Shown: piece after piece, positions 37,101 through 47,000 of the stretch
Numbering within the stretch: position 1 is the first letter of the stretch
How the letters are laid out: each line of letters begins with the position of its first letter
Origin: Thermoplasmata archaeon
Lineage (GTDB): Archaea > Thermoplasmatota > SW-10-69-26 > JACQPN01 > JAJPHT01
Direction of reading: 5' to 3'
DNA length: 64,000 nucleotides
NCBI GenBank assembly: GCA_034667685.1
Contig: JAXDQU010000050.1
Span: forward strand, 1-64,000
Program-made: the position numbers and the translations under genes
The notes under the pieces: model-generated
The model's database searches: none
Seen by the model: the letters and a program-made list of their open reading frames with translations, nothing else
Told to the model about the DNA's origin: nothing

Positions 37101-40100
37101 GGGTCGCCTTGGGGGAGCGCGTTCGCGGCGTTGGCGAAGGGGATCGGGTCCTCGCCGTTGAGGTCGTCGAGCCCGTCGTGGTCGAGGTCGCGCGTCGGGA
37201 GCTGGTTGGGCGCGAGGCCCCACTTCCAGATGCCCATCGTGGACTCGTCCCACCAGACGGGACGGCCGTAGCTGTACTGCGGGAAGAGGCCGCTGGGCTG
37301 GCCGGGCGCGAGGTGGTGCCCCACGAGCCAGCCGTCGGGGACGCCGTCGCCGGCCGAGTCGAGCTTCGTCGCGTCCAGGCCGTAGGTGCGCTTGCCCTGG
37401 ACGTCGACGACGTCGCCCGCGTCCGGGATCACGACGAGGCCGCGCTTCGCGAGGTCGTTCACGCGCGCCGCGTCGTCCGGGTTGCCCATGTGCAGCGTGT
37501 GGCCCACGACGAGGCTCAGGCGGGGGCCGTCGAGCAGCCCGCAGTGGCACGTCGAGGGGTCGAAGGGGTCGGTGGGCACGCCGTTGTTCTGCGAGCCCGA
37601 CAGCTCCGTGATGTCCGGGATGATGTCGCCGTCGGAGTCCTTCGTCGGGTCGATGGCGCGCACGTCCTGCGTCGGGTCGAGCGGGTCGAGGTGCAGGTGG
37701 ACCATCGTGCCGTCGTCGACGCCGCCGAAGTCGCTGTCCTTCACGTACGGGTTCGTGCCGGCGTGGGACTCCTCCAGGTTGGTCAGGCCGTCGCCGTCGG
37801 GGTCCGCGGCGCACGAGGGGACCACGGGGCTGACGCGCTCCTGCGCGGGGCCCAGGCGCGACCAGAAGGCGGACCAGGCGTCGGAGCAGCCGTCGCCGTT
37901 CGTGTCCGTGAGGAACGGGTTGGTCTGGTTGAGCGCCGCGCTGCGCATGCCGTAGCTGACCGAGCCGCGCACGACGAGGACGTGCTTCGCCGCGCCGAAC
38001 GCGTCGGTGAAGTCGAGCCCCGTGCCGCTCTCGCCGGGCAGCAGGCCCGTGGCGTCCGCAACGTAGCGCTTGTAGGAGTAGGTCTGGAGGACGACGTCGT
38101 CGTTCGCGCCGATGGAGGGCACGGTGGCCGTGGGCGGGATGGCGAACGCGCCCGGCGCGCCCGGGTAGAACGCGCCGCGCTCCTCGTCGGTCATGTTGGG
38201 GTAGACCTGGCCCCAGAAGATCTTCCACGAGTCGAGGAGGCCGTCCGGGCTCGAGGATAGCACGTTGGCGTGCGCGTGGGCGCGGTACTTCACGAGGTTC
38301 GTCGCGACGAACGTGTGCGGCTGCGCGGCGATCTGGCCGTGGACCTGCGCGTAGCTCCACCACGTGACCGCGTCGTCGACGAGGTCGCGGTCCGCGTCGC
38401 GCGTGTCGTCGTGGAACGAGCTCCACAGCGAGGGGTCGAGGTTCCAGCCGCCCAGCGTGTCGTTCCACGCGCCCTCCTTCACCTTCCAGCCGTCGGGGAG
38501 GCCGCTGTCGGCCGTGTCGGCGTTGGCCGGGTCGCTCGCGCTGCGCGCGTGGGCCGACGCGTACGTCGTGTCGTTGTAGAGCGAGGGCTTGGCCTCCCAG
38601 CCGTTGAGCAGGCCGTCGCCGTCCACGTCGGGGTTGAGCATGTTGGGGCGCCCGCCCACGACGAAGCTGCCGCCCGGGCCCAGCGCCGCGCAGACGCGGT
38701 CCGCCGGCACGAGGGGCCATGCGACGCGCAGCGCCTCCGCGATCGTCTTGTGGCCGATGCCCCACGGATAGGGCGCGTCGGCCAGGCAGTCCGCCTCGCG
38801 CTGCGCCCAGTACGCCGCCTTCTCGCCGTCCGAGAGCCCGTCGCCGCTGGTGTCGACGAGCGTCGGGTCCGTGTGCGGCAGCGTGATATCATGCCACGCG
38901 GCGGCGCCCGCCTCCTGGCCGTCGGTGAGGCCGTCGCCGTCCGTGTCGGGGTTGAGCGGATCGGTGAGCGGGAAGGTGAGGTTGCCCGCGCGGCCGTCGA
39001 ACTCCTGCTTGTCGGTCAGGCCGTCGGCGTCGGAGTCGACCTTCGTGGGGTCCGCGAAGACCCACTTGGGCTTGCCCGCGACCTCGATGACCCAGCCGTG
39101 GATCTTCTGGAGGTCCGTGAGGCCGGAATGCGCGGTGTCGTTCGTCGTGGGATCGGCGCCGCCCCACCAGGGGCCGTTGATCGTCTCGTTCCAGAGCGGG
39201 GGGCGGTTGACCGCGTACTTCTGGAGGACGTTGAGCGTCTCCTCCACGCGCGTGCCGTTCTCCGTCAGGTTCTCGCGCTCCACGACGCGCTGGCCCACGC
39301 GCGGGTCGCGCGGGTCGAGGCCGTACTTGGCGAGCCAGCCGTCGGGGATGCCCGAGCCGCCGGTGCTCTGCGCGCGCGGGTCGAGGCCGCCGCGGCAGGC
39401 GAGCGTGCCCGCCGGGTCGAGCCTCATCGAGGCGAGGAACTTCTCGCGCAGCGTCATGCCGCTGCGGGCCGGGTCCTGGTACGCGACGGCCGGGTCGAGC
39501 GGGTCGAACCCGTGGCACTGGAGCCAGCCGTCGGCGATGCCGCTCCCCGTCGTGGAGAAGAGGCGCGGGCTCGTGCCGACCTTCAGCTCCGTGACGTCCG
39601 CCAGGCCGTCGTGGTCCTGGTCGGGCTCCAGGGGAGAGAGGCCGCGCTGGTACGCCTCGCGCGGCGTCCACGTCACGCTCGCGCCGGCGGGCACCACGTC
39701 CAGGACGCCGGGGGCGCGCGGGTCGAGGCCGAAGTGGATGAGCCACGCGTACGGGACGCCGGTCCCGTTGAGATCTTGCCGCGTCGGGTCGAGGCTGGAG
39801 TTCCACGCGCCGTCGCGCGACTCGTTCCACGTCGCCGGGCGCCCGTAGGCGTACACCTGCGCCAGGCTCATGCGGAACTCGGCCGGAAGGCCGGCGGGGC
39901 CGTAGACGGCGGGCGAGGCCGGCGGCGTGGGATAAGGCGCGGCGCGCGACGCGAGGTCCGGGTCGCTGATATCAAGGCGCCAGGCGCGGACCCAGGCGTC
40001 GGGGAGGGCGGCCGCGGAGGCCTGGGTGGGGTCGGTGCCCAGGATCGAGTTCTCGACCGCGTCGGGCACGCCGTTGCCGTTCGCGTCCGGGAGCGCGACC

Positions 40101-40279
40101 AGCGCGGGGACCGTGCCGGACGAGGGGGCGCCGTGGGTGAGGCCGATCCACGCGACCGTCACGACGCCGAGCGCAAGGAGCGCCAGCGCCAGCACCAGAC
40201 CTCGACGGACCCACCGGGAGCGTCCGGCCCGGGCCTGGAGCCGCGCCAACGTCGGTGCAGCGCCTCCGAGCCAACGCAC
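34184..40279 (-). CDS. 2031-aa protein: Ca-binding DxDxDG/GLDP repeats, Ig-like domains, TM and DUF4129-like C-terminus
   Basis: Many D(S/T)DGDGL.D / PDGW...GLDP repeats; C-terminal YEVY...MTFG...LVELFNRAVYA. Confidence 0.85.
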   Translation of the reverse strand: MRWLGGAAPTLARLQARAGRSRWVRRGLVLALALLALGVVTVAWIGLTHGAPSSGTVPALVALPDANGNGVPDAVENSILGTDPTQASAAALPDAWVRAWRLDISDPDLASRAAPYPTPPASPAVYGPAGLPAEFRMSLAQVYAYGRPATWNESRDGAWNSSLDPTRQDLNGTGVPYAWLIHFGLDPRAPGVLDVVPAGASVTWTPREAYQRGLSPLEPDQDHDGLADVTELKVGTSPRLFSTTGSGIADGWLQCHGFDPLDPAVAYQDPARSGMTLREKFLASMRLDPAGTLACRGGLDPRAQSTGGSGIPDGWLAKYGLDPRDPRVGQRVVERENLTENGTRVEETLNVLQKYAVNRPPLWNETINGPWWGGADPTTNDTAHSGLTDLQKIHGWVIEVAGKPKWVFADPTKVDSDADGLTDKQEFDGRAGNLTFPLTDPLNPDTDGDGLTDGQEAGAAAWHDITLPHTDPTLVDTSGDGLSDGEKAAYWAQREADCLADAPYPWGIGHKTIAEALRVAWPLVPADRVCAALGPGGSFVVGGRPNMLNPDVDGDGLLNGWEAKPSLYNDTTYASAHARSASDPANADTADSGLPDGWKVKEGAWNDTLGGWNLDPSLWSSFHDDTRDADRDLVDDAVTWWSYAQVHGQIAAQPHTFVATNLVKYRAHAHANVLSSSPDGLLDSWKIFWGQVYPNMTDEERGAFYPGAPGAFAIPPTATVPSIGANDDVVLQTYSYKRYVADATGLLPGESGTGLDFTDAFGAAKHVLVVRGSVSYGMRSAALNQTNPFLTDTNGDGCSDAWSAFWSRLGPAQERVSPVVPSCAADPDGDGLTNLEESHAGTNPYVKDSDFGGVDDGTMVHLHLDPLDPTQDVRAIDPTKDSDGDIIPDITELSGSQNNGVPTDPFDPSTCHCGLLDGPRLSLVVGHTLHMGNPDDAARVNDLAKRGLVVIPDAGDVVDVQGKRTYGLDATKLDSAGDGVPDGWLVGHHLAPGQPSGLFPQYSYGRPVWWDESTMGIWKWGLAPNQLPTRDLDHDGLDDLNGEDPIPFANAANALPQGDPRDPTLTPLARLEAAQAYDGPEAAPLAARLVANVTLDPLPANVVLNGSVTACGNVTLADHPAPNATVLLALGSRAVTLGAALSDAAGHYCMPVALSSAVPAPADSAGATVFGQTDGAGVAHNDPAFLGAFDPANPVPLFAWTYNTSSNSPARQAIALAGSVGWLGNQSDAQNATLVLPTALHVKAPARALIQATVTLNATLTDTLGRPLAHQPIAFNGANYTTGTNGSALIPYAVGADPRATNLSLAFAGAAGLLPSDANLTLAITERATLEAFGPPGAVNPGASFTVQGTLRGQLGAGIPGAWIDVAGIADARAQTGPDGAFSLTLPLPVSTPPGEDGVTLRFAGDDTREPAQAEVTFQVSTGARWLAPALVASVGPTADVSATLVDATGQPIAGAPVDAWLGAKLAGRNVTSAAGVVKLHLDISGLPPGATTLHLRTQSASTGALDAPLRLLLTTQPVFRVGAGEAIRGAGARVNGSLADGQGAPLARVLVRLAWGPSAASVVTDATGSFGIALDVEAARSLGAQPARVSYAGSPDGAYLPAEATLSILVQDAPVVRAENDTVLATSPALALQVRTVAGEPLPGRTLRIALPWVNVSAVTDEAGRADVLLDVPDAVPLGPFVAQVRVAPEPSLADRTAQVPLSLKDEGALQVGIPDALALGHDLTLDATLLDSRGHATPDARFDITLDGALVARNAASGDRVPIPTSLHEGNHDVTIAAHSATVGAAPWSGHLALRVPVTLTFVAPPSNSFGAPTELAVKLSDAKGPAAHRVVLLVGAGLAPIRVETGDDGVARVPVPRLDPGSHLRVEFLGDDRDAPAGADVAFSAQATPVPGGGISWTLVALAILALAAVILVAARLLRRPTPEAALRSAARRLRRNHADVQALYEVYVKLLGMIGLSEDTSEAMTFGVILTRLDASLQGEDAEGLVELFNRAVYAPGTVHADDLSRAADAFDRLAARLHAHAGGSAS

Positions 40280-40465
40280 GTCCCCGACTCCACAAACGGG
40301 GTGAAGAACGTTTGGGAGCCACCAGTGCTCCTCCCGAGAAAAAATTCACAGGAATCATCTAGGCTTGCAACCGGGTGGCTCCGAATTTGCGCGAAATTTC
40401 CTCCATAATCAACATCGTCTAGAGCCGGTCTCTCCCCGCACCCCCACAGTGGGGAGGCTACAAAC

Positions 40466-41125
40466 ATGAATGCGAAGTCCTACATCCTTTCGGCGGCCAT
40501 CCTGGCGCTCGTCGCCACCACGGTGCCCGCCTCGGCCATCGGCTCGACCGCCAACCCGTTCGCGCACCCCTTCTACGGCGTCTCCGCGACCAGCGTGGTC
40601 GCCGGCGTCGCCTACGATGACGGCAACGGCAATACCTTCAGCCTGAGCTCCGCGACCGGCGCGACCGTCGTGGGCCTCTGCGCCGACCTCCCCGGCATCA
40701 CCGGCCAGATCATCCCCGTCCCGAACCCCCTCCTCGTCTTCGACCAGGACATGGAGACCGGCGTCGGCGGCGCCTGCTTCCCCTTCGTCACCGCGTACGG
40801 CAGCGACGTCGGCACCACGCAGACCGTCGAGGTCAGCGTCCAGAGCCCCGTCCTCGCGGTCCCCGTCTGGACGACCTGCGTCGATGAGAACGGCGACGGC
40901 GTCTGCGCCGCGGCGACCGGCGACCAGGTCCTGACCTGCTGGACCGGCGGCAGCATCGAGGGCGGCGTCCAGACGGACGGCAGCGGCCCCTGCAGCGTCT
41001 ACATCGACCCCGCCGCGGCGAACCCCGCGGTCTTCGTGACCGTCATCGCGGGCGTCACCGTGACGTCCTCGGGCGTCCACCTCTCGAGCATCGCGCCCGA
41101 AGGCGGCGTCTTCTACTACGCCTAA
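40466..41125 (+). CDS. Secreted Cys-containing hypothetical protein
   Basis: GGGGAGG RBS, signal peptide, strongly C-ending codons, CVDENGDGVC. Confidence 0.85.
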   Translation: MNAKSYILSAAILALVATTVPASAIGSTANPFAHPFYGVSATSVVAGVAYDDGNGNTFSLSSATGATVVGLCADLPGITGQIIPVPNPLLVFDQDMETGVGGACFPFVTAYGSDVGTTQTVEVSVQSPVLAVPVWTTCVDENGDGVCAAATGDQVLTCWTGGSIEGGVQTDGSGPCSVYIDPAAANPAVFVTVIAGVTVTSSGVHLSSIAPEGGVFYYA

Positions 41126-41135
41126 GTCGGCCCCC

Positions 41136-41180
41136 GGCGGCCCGCCCCCCCGGGCCGCCCCCCTTTCTTCTCTTACTTAT
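41136..41180 (+). terminator. GC hairpin plus pyrimidine tract
   Basis: ggcggcccg-ccccc-cgggccgcc then tttcttctcttactt. Confidence 0.6.
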
Positions 41181-41294
41181 CCGAATAGAAACGAACCAGA
41201 GAATTCCTGTGAATTTCCGCCCCGGGCGGAAATGTTGATTTTCCACACGGCGATACGGCCCCGGCGCATTCCCCTGCGCTTGGAGGCTCTCCAT

Positions 41295-41927
41295 TTGAAG
41301 ACCCGCACCTCGCTCTACCTGTTGATCGCCCTCGCCTTCCTCATGCCCACGGGCTCGGCCGGCTCCGCCTCCAGCCCCGACATCACCGACGCGGCGGGCG
41401 ACGCGCACAACGGCGCCACCGACGTCGTCGCCACCTGGATCAGCTCGGACGCGACGCACGTGAACGTGCACTTCGTCCTGGCGGACCTCTCCAGCCCCAA
41501 CCCGGCGACCTCGGGCGACACGCGCTACCAGTACCGCGTCGACTTCGACGTGGACGGCACGCACTACTCCGCCTCCGTGGCGACCTACCTCGCCGCCCAG
41601 GCCGGCTCCACCACGGTCGGCGGCGCCGCGGTCGACGCGGACGCGGCCGTCGTGGCCGTCGGCATGACCCACACGGGCCCCGCGCGCACGAGCAGCTCGG
41701 CGAGCCTCGACTCGGCGACGAACACGATCACGCTGACGTTCAGCCGCACCCTCGGCGACCAGAGCGCGCCCCACCCCGTGTTCCTCGCGCCCGGCATGTC
41801 GCTGGACAACGTCGTCGTGACGACCGGCTACAGCAGCAGCCCCTACCAGCCCTCCACGGTGGACCTCGGCCTCGCCCCGGCCTGGGTCGCCTCGGACTCG
41901 GCCGGCCCCGGCTTCTACGGCTTCTGA
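41295..41927 (+). CDS. Secreted hypothetical protein (DOMON-like beta-sandwich)
   Basis: GGAGG RBS, TTG 41295, signal peptide, PDITDAAGD...DVVATW...FVLADL. Confidence 0.75.
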   Translation: MKTRTSLYLLIALAFLMPTGSAGSASSPDITDAAGDAHNGATDVVATWISSDATHVNVHFVLADLSSPNPATSGDTRYQYRVDFDVDGTHYSASVATYLAAQAGSTTVGGAAVDADAAVVAVGMTHTGPARTSSSASLDSATNTITLTFSRTLGDQSAPHPVFLAPGMSLDNVVVTTGYSSSPYQPSTVDLGLAPAWVASDSAGPGFYGF

Positions 41928-41944
41928 GGCTTTTTTCCCGCGGT

Positions 41945-41990
41945 TCGCGGGGCTTCGCCCCCGCGACCCATGATTTTCTTTCACATCTTT
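41945..41990 (+). terminator. Hairpin plus T-rich tract
   Basis: tcgcggggc-ttc-gccccgcga followed by gattttctttc. Confidence 0.6.
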
Positions 41991-42589
41991 CGTCGAGCAA
42001 GGCTTACGTCTTGGAAGCGAATCTCAACCTTGCGGCACGCGCCTGGCTTTGCTAGGGGCCGAGCGTGTGCCTTCCTCCAGGCGATGCCTCCTCAGCTGCT
42101 CCAAACGCCTGGAGAACTCTCATGGTCGGGGGACTTCCTCCCCGGCCTTCCTTCTCTCGCCCAGGAAACAATCCGCTTCGCCCGCGTGCCCGGCCGGCGG
42201 CACCGGGGAGACCAAGCCGTGCGCTGAAACGCGGCCAAACGAGGCGCGGCGGCTTCGCGCCTGGCTTCTGGAATGCGATCTCCGCGCGGGGGAGCGCCCC
42301 ATGCCCCGCCACGCCCCCGGGCCCTCGCGCGGCGACCGGGCGAAGGGCACAGACGACCGATCCGCGGGCGAGGCCGCGCGCAAGAGATCGGATCAGAAGA
42401 AGGTGGGGGGCGGGCGAGGCACCCGCCCCCGTCGGGAGGTTCCCTGTTCGCCCCGGAGGGCGTCAAGGGTCGGTGGCCCGTCCCCGCGCGATGGCGTCAC
42501 GATCTGCCACGCGCGCGGACGAACGGAGGCTCGCCACCGGCGTCCCGGCAACGGCCTGGAACGCCTAAGCCGAACTCGATGAAGGGTGT

Positions 42590-42622
42590 GAAAGGGGCGC
42601 GGTGTTGCCCGCGCCCGCTTTC
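42590..42622 (-). terminator. Hairpin terminator of the 42626 gene
   Basis: gaaaggggcgcgg-tgttgc-ccgcgcccgctttc immediately after the stop. Confidence 0.55.
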
Positions 42623-42625
42623 TGC

Positions 42626-43879
42626 TTACGGCTCCACGTCAGGAGCGCCCGTCTGCGCGGCCAGGTCGTGCTGGTTGCACGTCTTGATGTCCGGCTCGCA
42701 GTAGTAGGGCGCCGTGCTGCCTTCGACGTCGTTGAAGGCGTAGTGGCGCGTGGGGACCGGGGCCGCGCCGTAGTAGACGTCGACCAGGCGCGTCGCGTGG
42801 CAGTTCATGTCGGGGGCGCCGTCGCCCGTGCAGTCCGCGCTGCCGCCGTGGTTGCCCTTGCCGTCGTAGGTCGTGACGGGGTAGGGCTTGCGCGGGTTGT
42901 ACGGGTGCGAGTTGCCCTCGCGGTTGTCGTCGCCGCCCGGGCAAGGCCAGGAGTTGATCACCGGCGTGTAGGTCTGGCCCTCGGTGGGCTGGCAACCGGA
43001 CGCGTCGTGCGTGTAGTCGAAGCTGCCCGGGGTGTGGTCCTTGGGCGTGCCGGCCTGGGTCAGGTCGTCGAGGAACATGAACAGGACGGCGTTGTACGAG
43101 AGCGGCGAGCAGGTCTTGCGGCCGTCCGTGTCCGCGCCACCGCAGGGGTAGCCGTACGGGTTGCCGCCGAAGCCGGAGCTCTGGCCCGCGATCACGTGCT
43201 CGCAGGTGCTGCGGTGCTCCGCGGTGCCGCTGTCGTTGTAGATGGGGGTCTTGTCGTCCTCGGAGACGGGGAGGTTGTCAGGACCCGCGCAGGTGGCGTC
43301 CGAGGCGGGGGCCGCGGTGCCGCAGGTGGGGTTGCCGTACGACACGTTCCGCTTGGCCGTGTTCATCAGGCCGACGGTCCAGATCGGGGCGCCGCTGGTG
43401 GGGGACATCCACTTGTCGACGTCCCACGGGTGGTCATTCGGGTCCGTGATGTGGTAGGACTCGACGTAGTTGGTGAAGGCGTTGGGGTCCTGGGTCGGGT
43501 CGGGGTCGCCCTGGTTCACGACGATCACGACGCCGCAGCCGGGGTAGGTGTAGGTGACGGCGGGGGGGCTGCCACCGGTGGAGGGGTTGCTGGGGTCCAC
43601 GAGGTACTGGTCGTTGAACCAGAGGACGCCCGGGAAGCGCTTGTCGATGACGTTGCCCTTGGTCTGGACGTCACGCACGAGGACGGCGATGGCCGTCGCG
43701 AAGTGCGTCGTGGTGTTGGTGTTCGTGCAGTTCGCGCAGACGGTCTCGAGGACCGAGAAGACGGTGTGTCCTTCGACGAGCTGCTCGGGTTGGGGTCCCA
43801 GGTAGAGCGTGCCGGCGGCGCCGATGCCCGCCAGGAGAAGGAGCGCAAGAGTTCCGATCGCCAAGACTCGTGTCCACAT
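42626..43879 (-). CDS. Secreted Cys-rich hypothetical protein (417 aa)
   Basis: ATG 43879, signal peptide, many Cys, Asp/Pro/Thr-rich, host codon bias. Confidence 0.85.
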   Translation of the reverse strand: MWTRVLAIGTLALLLLAGIGAAGTLYLGPQPEQLVEGHTVFSVLETVCANCTNTNTTTHFATAIAVLVRDVQTKGNVIDKRFPGVLWFNDQYLVDPSNPSTGGSPPAVTYTYPGCGVVIVVNQGDPDPTQDPNAFTNYVESYHITDPNDHPWDVDKWMSPTSGAPIWTVGLMNTAKRNVSYGNPTCGTAAPASDATCAGPDNLPVSEDDKTPIYNDSGTAEHRSTCEHVIAGQSSGFGGNPYGYPCGGADTDGRKTCSPLSYNAVLFMFLDDLTQAGTPKDHTPGSFDYTHDASGCQPTEGQTYTPVINSWPCPGGDDNREGNSHPYNPRKPYPVTTYDGKGNHGGSADCTGDGAPDMNCHATRLVDVYYGAAPVPTRHYAFNDVEGSTAPYYCEPDIKTCNQHDLAAQTGAPDVEP

Positions 43880-44064
43880 ACTGTATGCCTCACGTACAGC
43901 CGGCCCTCTGTGGGCCTCCGAAGCCGGCCCTGCGAGGCCATCGTGGGGGATAGGGACTTGGTTGTCACCCGGCAGAGTCACCGAGGAATCTTTTCACAAA
44001 CGCCCCGCGGCGCCCCAACTCTCAAATAGGGGGTTCGAGGCCTCGCAGCCGTCCGGCTGCGGAT

Positions 44065-47000
44065 TCACCGGCGGGCGCGCCTTCCGAAGGCCAGCGCGGC
44101 GACGAGGCCGATCCCGCAGAGTGTCGCCACGGAGACATCCGGGGCGCGGTGCTCCGGTGACACCTCGAACGCCGCGGGCTCCGCGTGGAGCGGGCCCTGC
44201 GCCTCGACCGAGACCGCGTAGCTGCCCGGCCCGGCGAGCGCGAGGACGGCGTCCGAGGCGCCCCCGGCGCGCACGCGGTGGAGCGTGGCGCGGTCGAGCA
44301 CGGTCGCGTCGCGCGTGAGCACCACCTGCACCTCGTCGGCGTCCGCGTCGCCCGCGTTCGCGACGGTGGCGCGCACGGCCCCGCCCTCCAGCCGCGTCGT
44401 GATGGAGAGCTGGACGCGCTGGACCGCGACCTGGAGCGGCGTCGCGCTGGCGAAGCGCGCGGCCGGGGCCAGGGACCAGGCGCGCAGGTCGGTCTTGGCG
44501 TCGGGCGTGACGTTGACCTTCAGGAGCGCGTGCTCGCCGGGGCCCAGCGAGGCGGGCTCGGCGCGCGCGGCGACCGTCCAGCCTTCGGGCGCGGGGATCT
44601 GGAGGGCGGAGAGGTCGAGGCGCGTGTTGCCGACGTTCTCGACGTCCACGCTCAGGAGCGAGGGGAGCCCGGCGGTCGCGCGCAGCGGCGTCAAGGCCGT
44701 CAGGTTGAGCGCGGCGCGCTCGGGCACCTCGACCGAAAGCGACCAGGGAACGGTGGCGCCGTCGTCCGACTGCACGAGGAACGTCGCGAGCGCGGGGCCC
44801 GGGGGCGCGTCGGAGGGGACCTGCAGGTCGACGCCGAGCTGCCCCTGCTGGCCCACGGGGATCGAGGCGGGCGGGCCCATGACGAGGCCGAAGCCGCGCG
44901 GGATCTGCTCGGGGACGAGCGTGACGTTCTCGACGCCATTGCCGCCGTTGAGCAGCGCGAGGCGCGCGCTGGCGACGCCGTGCCCGTTCACGCTGGCGCT
45001 CGCGCTGGGGTCCTGGAAGGCCAGGCCGTGGATCGCGCCCGCGACGGCGACGAGGTCGAGCGCGTCCGTGGCGACCGGGTCGCCGAGGAACTGCGGGATC
45101 GTCTGCACCGAGAGGCGCAGGTTGGCGCGGGCCGCGCGCGCGGCGTCCGCCGGCACGGGGATCGCGAGGTCGAGCGTGACGTCGGAGCGCGGCGGGATGC
45201 CCAGCAGCTCGGTGATGTTGTAGCCGCGCGCGCTCACGGTGGGCGCGCCCCAGCCCTCGTACGAGCCCGAGACGTTGATATCAATCCCCATGCGCGCGTC
45301 GCCGCGGTTGTGGAACGTGACGTTGAAGTGCGCGGACTCGCCCGGCTGCGCCTGGACGATGCTCGCGTTCGCGTCGAGCTCGATGTGGAGGTCGGCCAGG
45401 GCGCGCAGCGTCGCGGTGACCTGCGCGGCGGCGGATGCGTCGTGCGCCGACTCGGCCACCAGCTCCAGCTGCGTCGCGGAGCCGCCCCCGGCGGGCGCCG
45501 AGGTGAGCACGGGGAGCGTCGCGGTCTGGTCCGGGTCGAGGTGCAGCGAGGCGATGCGCGTGCCGTCGGCGAACGTCGCGCCCCACTCCGGCGAGCCCGG
45601 CAGCGCGCGCACGATGATATCATCGGGGATCGTCGCCGTGTTCTTGACGACGAGCGTGAGCGTCTTGTTCTCGCCCTTGCCGTAGGCGACGTTCTTCGCC
45701 TTGGGGCCGCCCTCGCCGTCGAACCAGGCGTCCACGGCGCGCGTCGCGCGCACGATGGTCGTCGCGCGCATGCGGTCCACCATGTCGGGGTTGCCGGCGG
45801 AGGCGGCGCTCAGCTCGACCACCGCGCGTTCCCCCTCGTGGGCGTCGGCAGGCGGCGTGACGGTGAGCGTGACGGCGCGCGAGGCGCCCCCGGCGAGGCG
45901 GACGTCGGTGTCCGAGAAGACCGCGCTCCAGCCCGCGGGGAGCGGCGTGACCGCGAGGTGGATCGTGTCGGGCACGCCGTTGCCGCCGGAGTCCTTGGCG
46001 AGGTTCTGCACAATCAGCGGGTAGACGATGGGCGTGCCGGGGCCGGTGCTTCCCACGAGCGGCTCGGCGAGGCCGCCGCCGGGCTTGAGCGAGACGAGGT
46101 AGCCGCGGTACTGGAGCGGGCCCTGGACCCAGGGCGTGATCGAGTCGTCGAGCCCGGCGAAGAAGCCCCCGGGTAGGGAGGGGACGAGCACGACGGGCTT
46201 CGTGGCGTGGATGGTGGCGGCGCCGCTCTCGGGCCACGCCACGTTCGTCAGGTCGTTGGCGCCCAGGCTCGCGTCGGTGGCCGAGAGGCCGCCGCCCGCG
46301 ACGTGGACGCGCGTCGCGTCGTAGAGCCCGACCACGGTCTGGCTCGTGAGCGTCGAGAAGGAGGTCCCGCCGACGCCGCCCACGGCCGTGATGGCCGCGC
46401 CATGCCCCGCGGAGGAGGGGATCGTCGCGGTGAAGCTCGCCAGCGTCGCGCGCTCGTCGAGCGTGCTCTCGCTGGCGCTGGGCGTGGCGTACACGACGAG
46501 GGGGCAGGGGGCGCCGTCGTCGCGGACGAGCCAGGGCGTGGTGGGCGACGCGAGGGCCGCCGAGGGGTCCACGCGGCCGGTCGCGTCGAGCGGCTGGCGC
46601 GCGTCTCCGGTGAGGGCGTCGCGCCCGCGCGCATACCCGTCGCCGCCGATCGAGAGGACGGCGCCGCGCTCGGTGACGCGGTGGATGCCGGGCTCGCAGG
46701 GAGGCTGGTTGGTGCGCGTCGCCCCGCTGTGGGCCTGCGCCTGGTAGAGCGGCCCCACGAGGCGGGGACCCACGGGCGCGCCGTCGAGCGCGGGCCACTG
46801 CGCGAACGTGCTCCACTGGGGGATCGCCAGGACGAGCACGGGCGCGTCGGAGCTGACGACGTGCTGCTGGGGTGGCGTCGTGGCGGGGATGCTGGTCAGC
46901 GGCGCGCCGGGCGTCAGCGTCGTCGTCGAGCCGTCGATGGAGAGGGTCGCGGTGCCCTGCGGCGCGTAGACCCAGAAGCCGTTGCTCTCCGCGGGCGGGA

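Noticed and set aside
42123-42145. GAGGAAGTCCCCCGACC on the minus strand resembles the RNase P RNA 5' P4 motif
   Set aside because: No matching 3' ACAGAA...GGGCTTA element within the expected distance downstream
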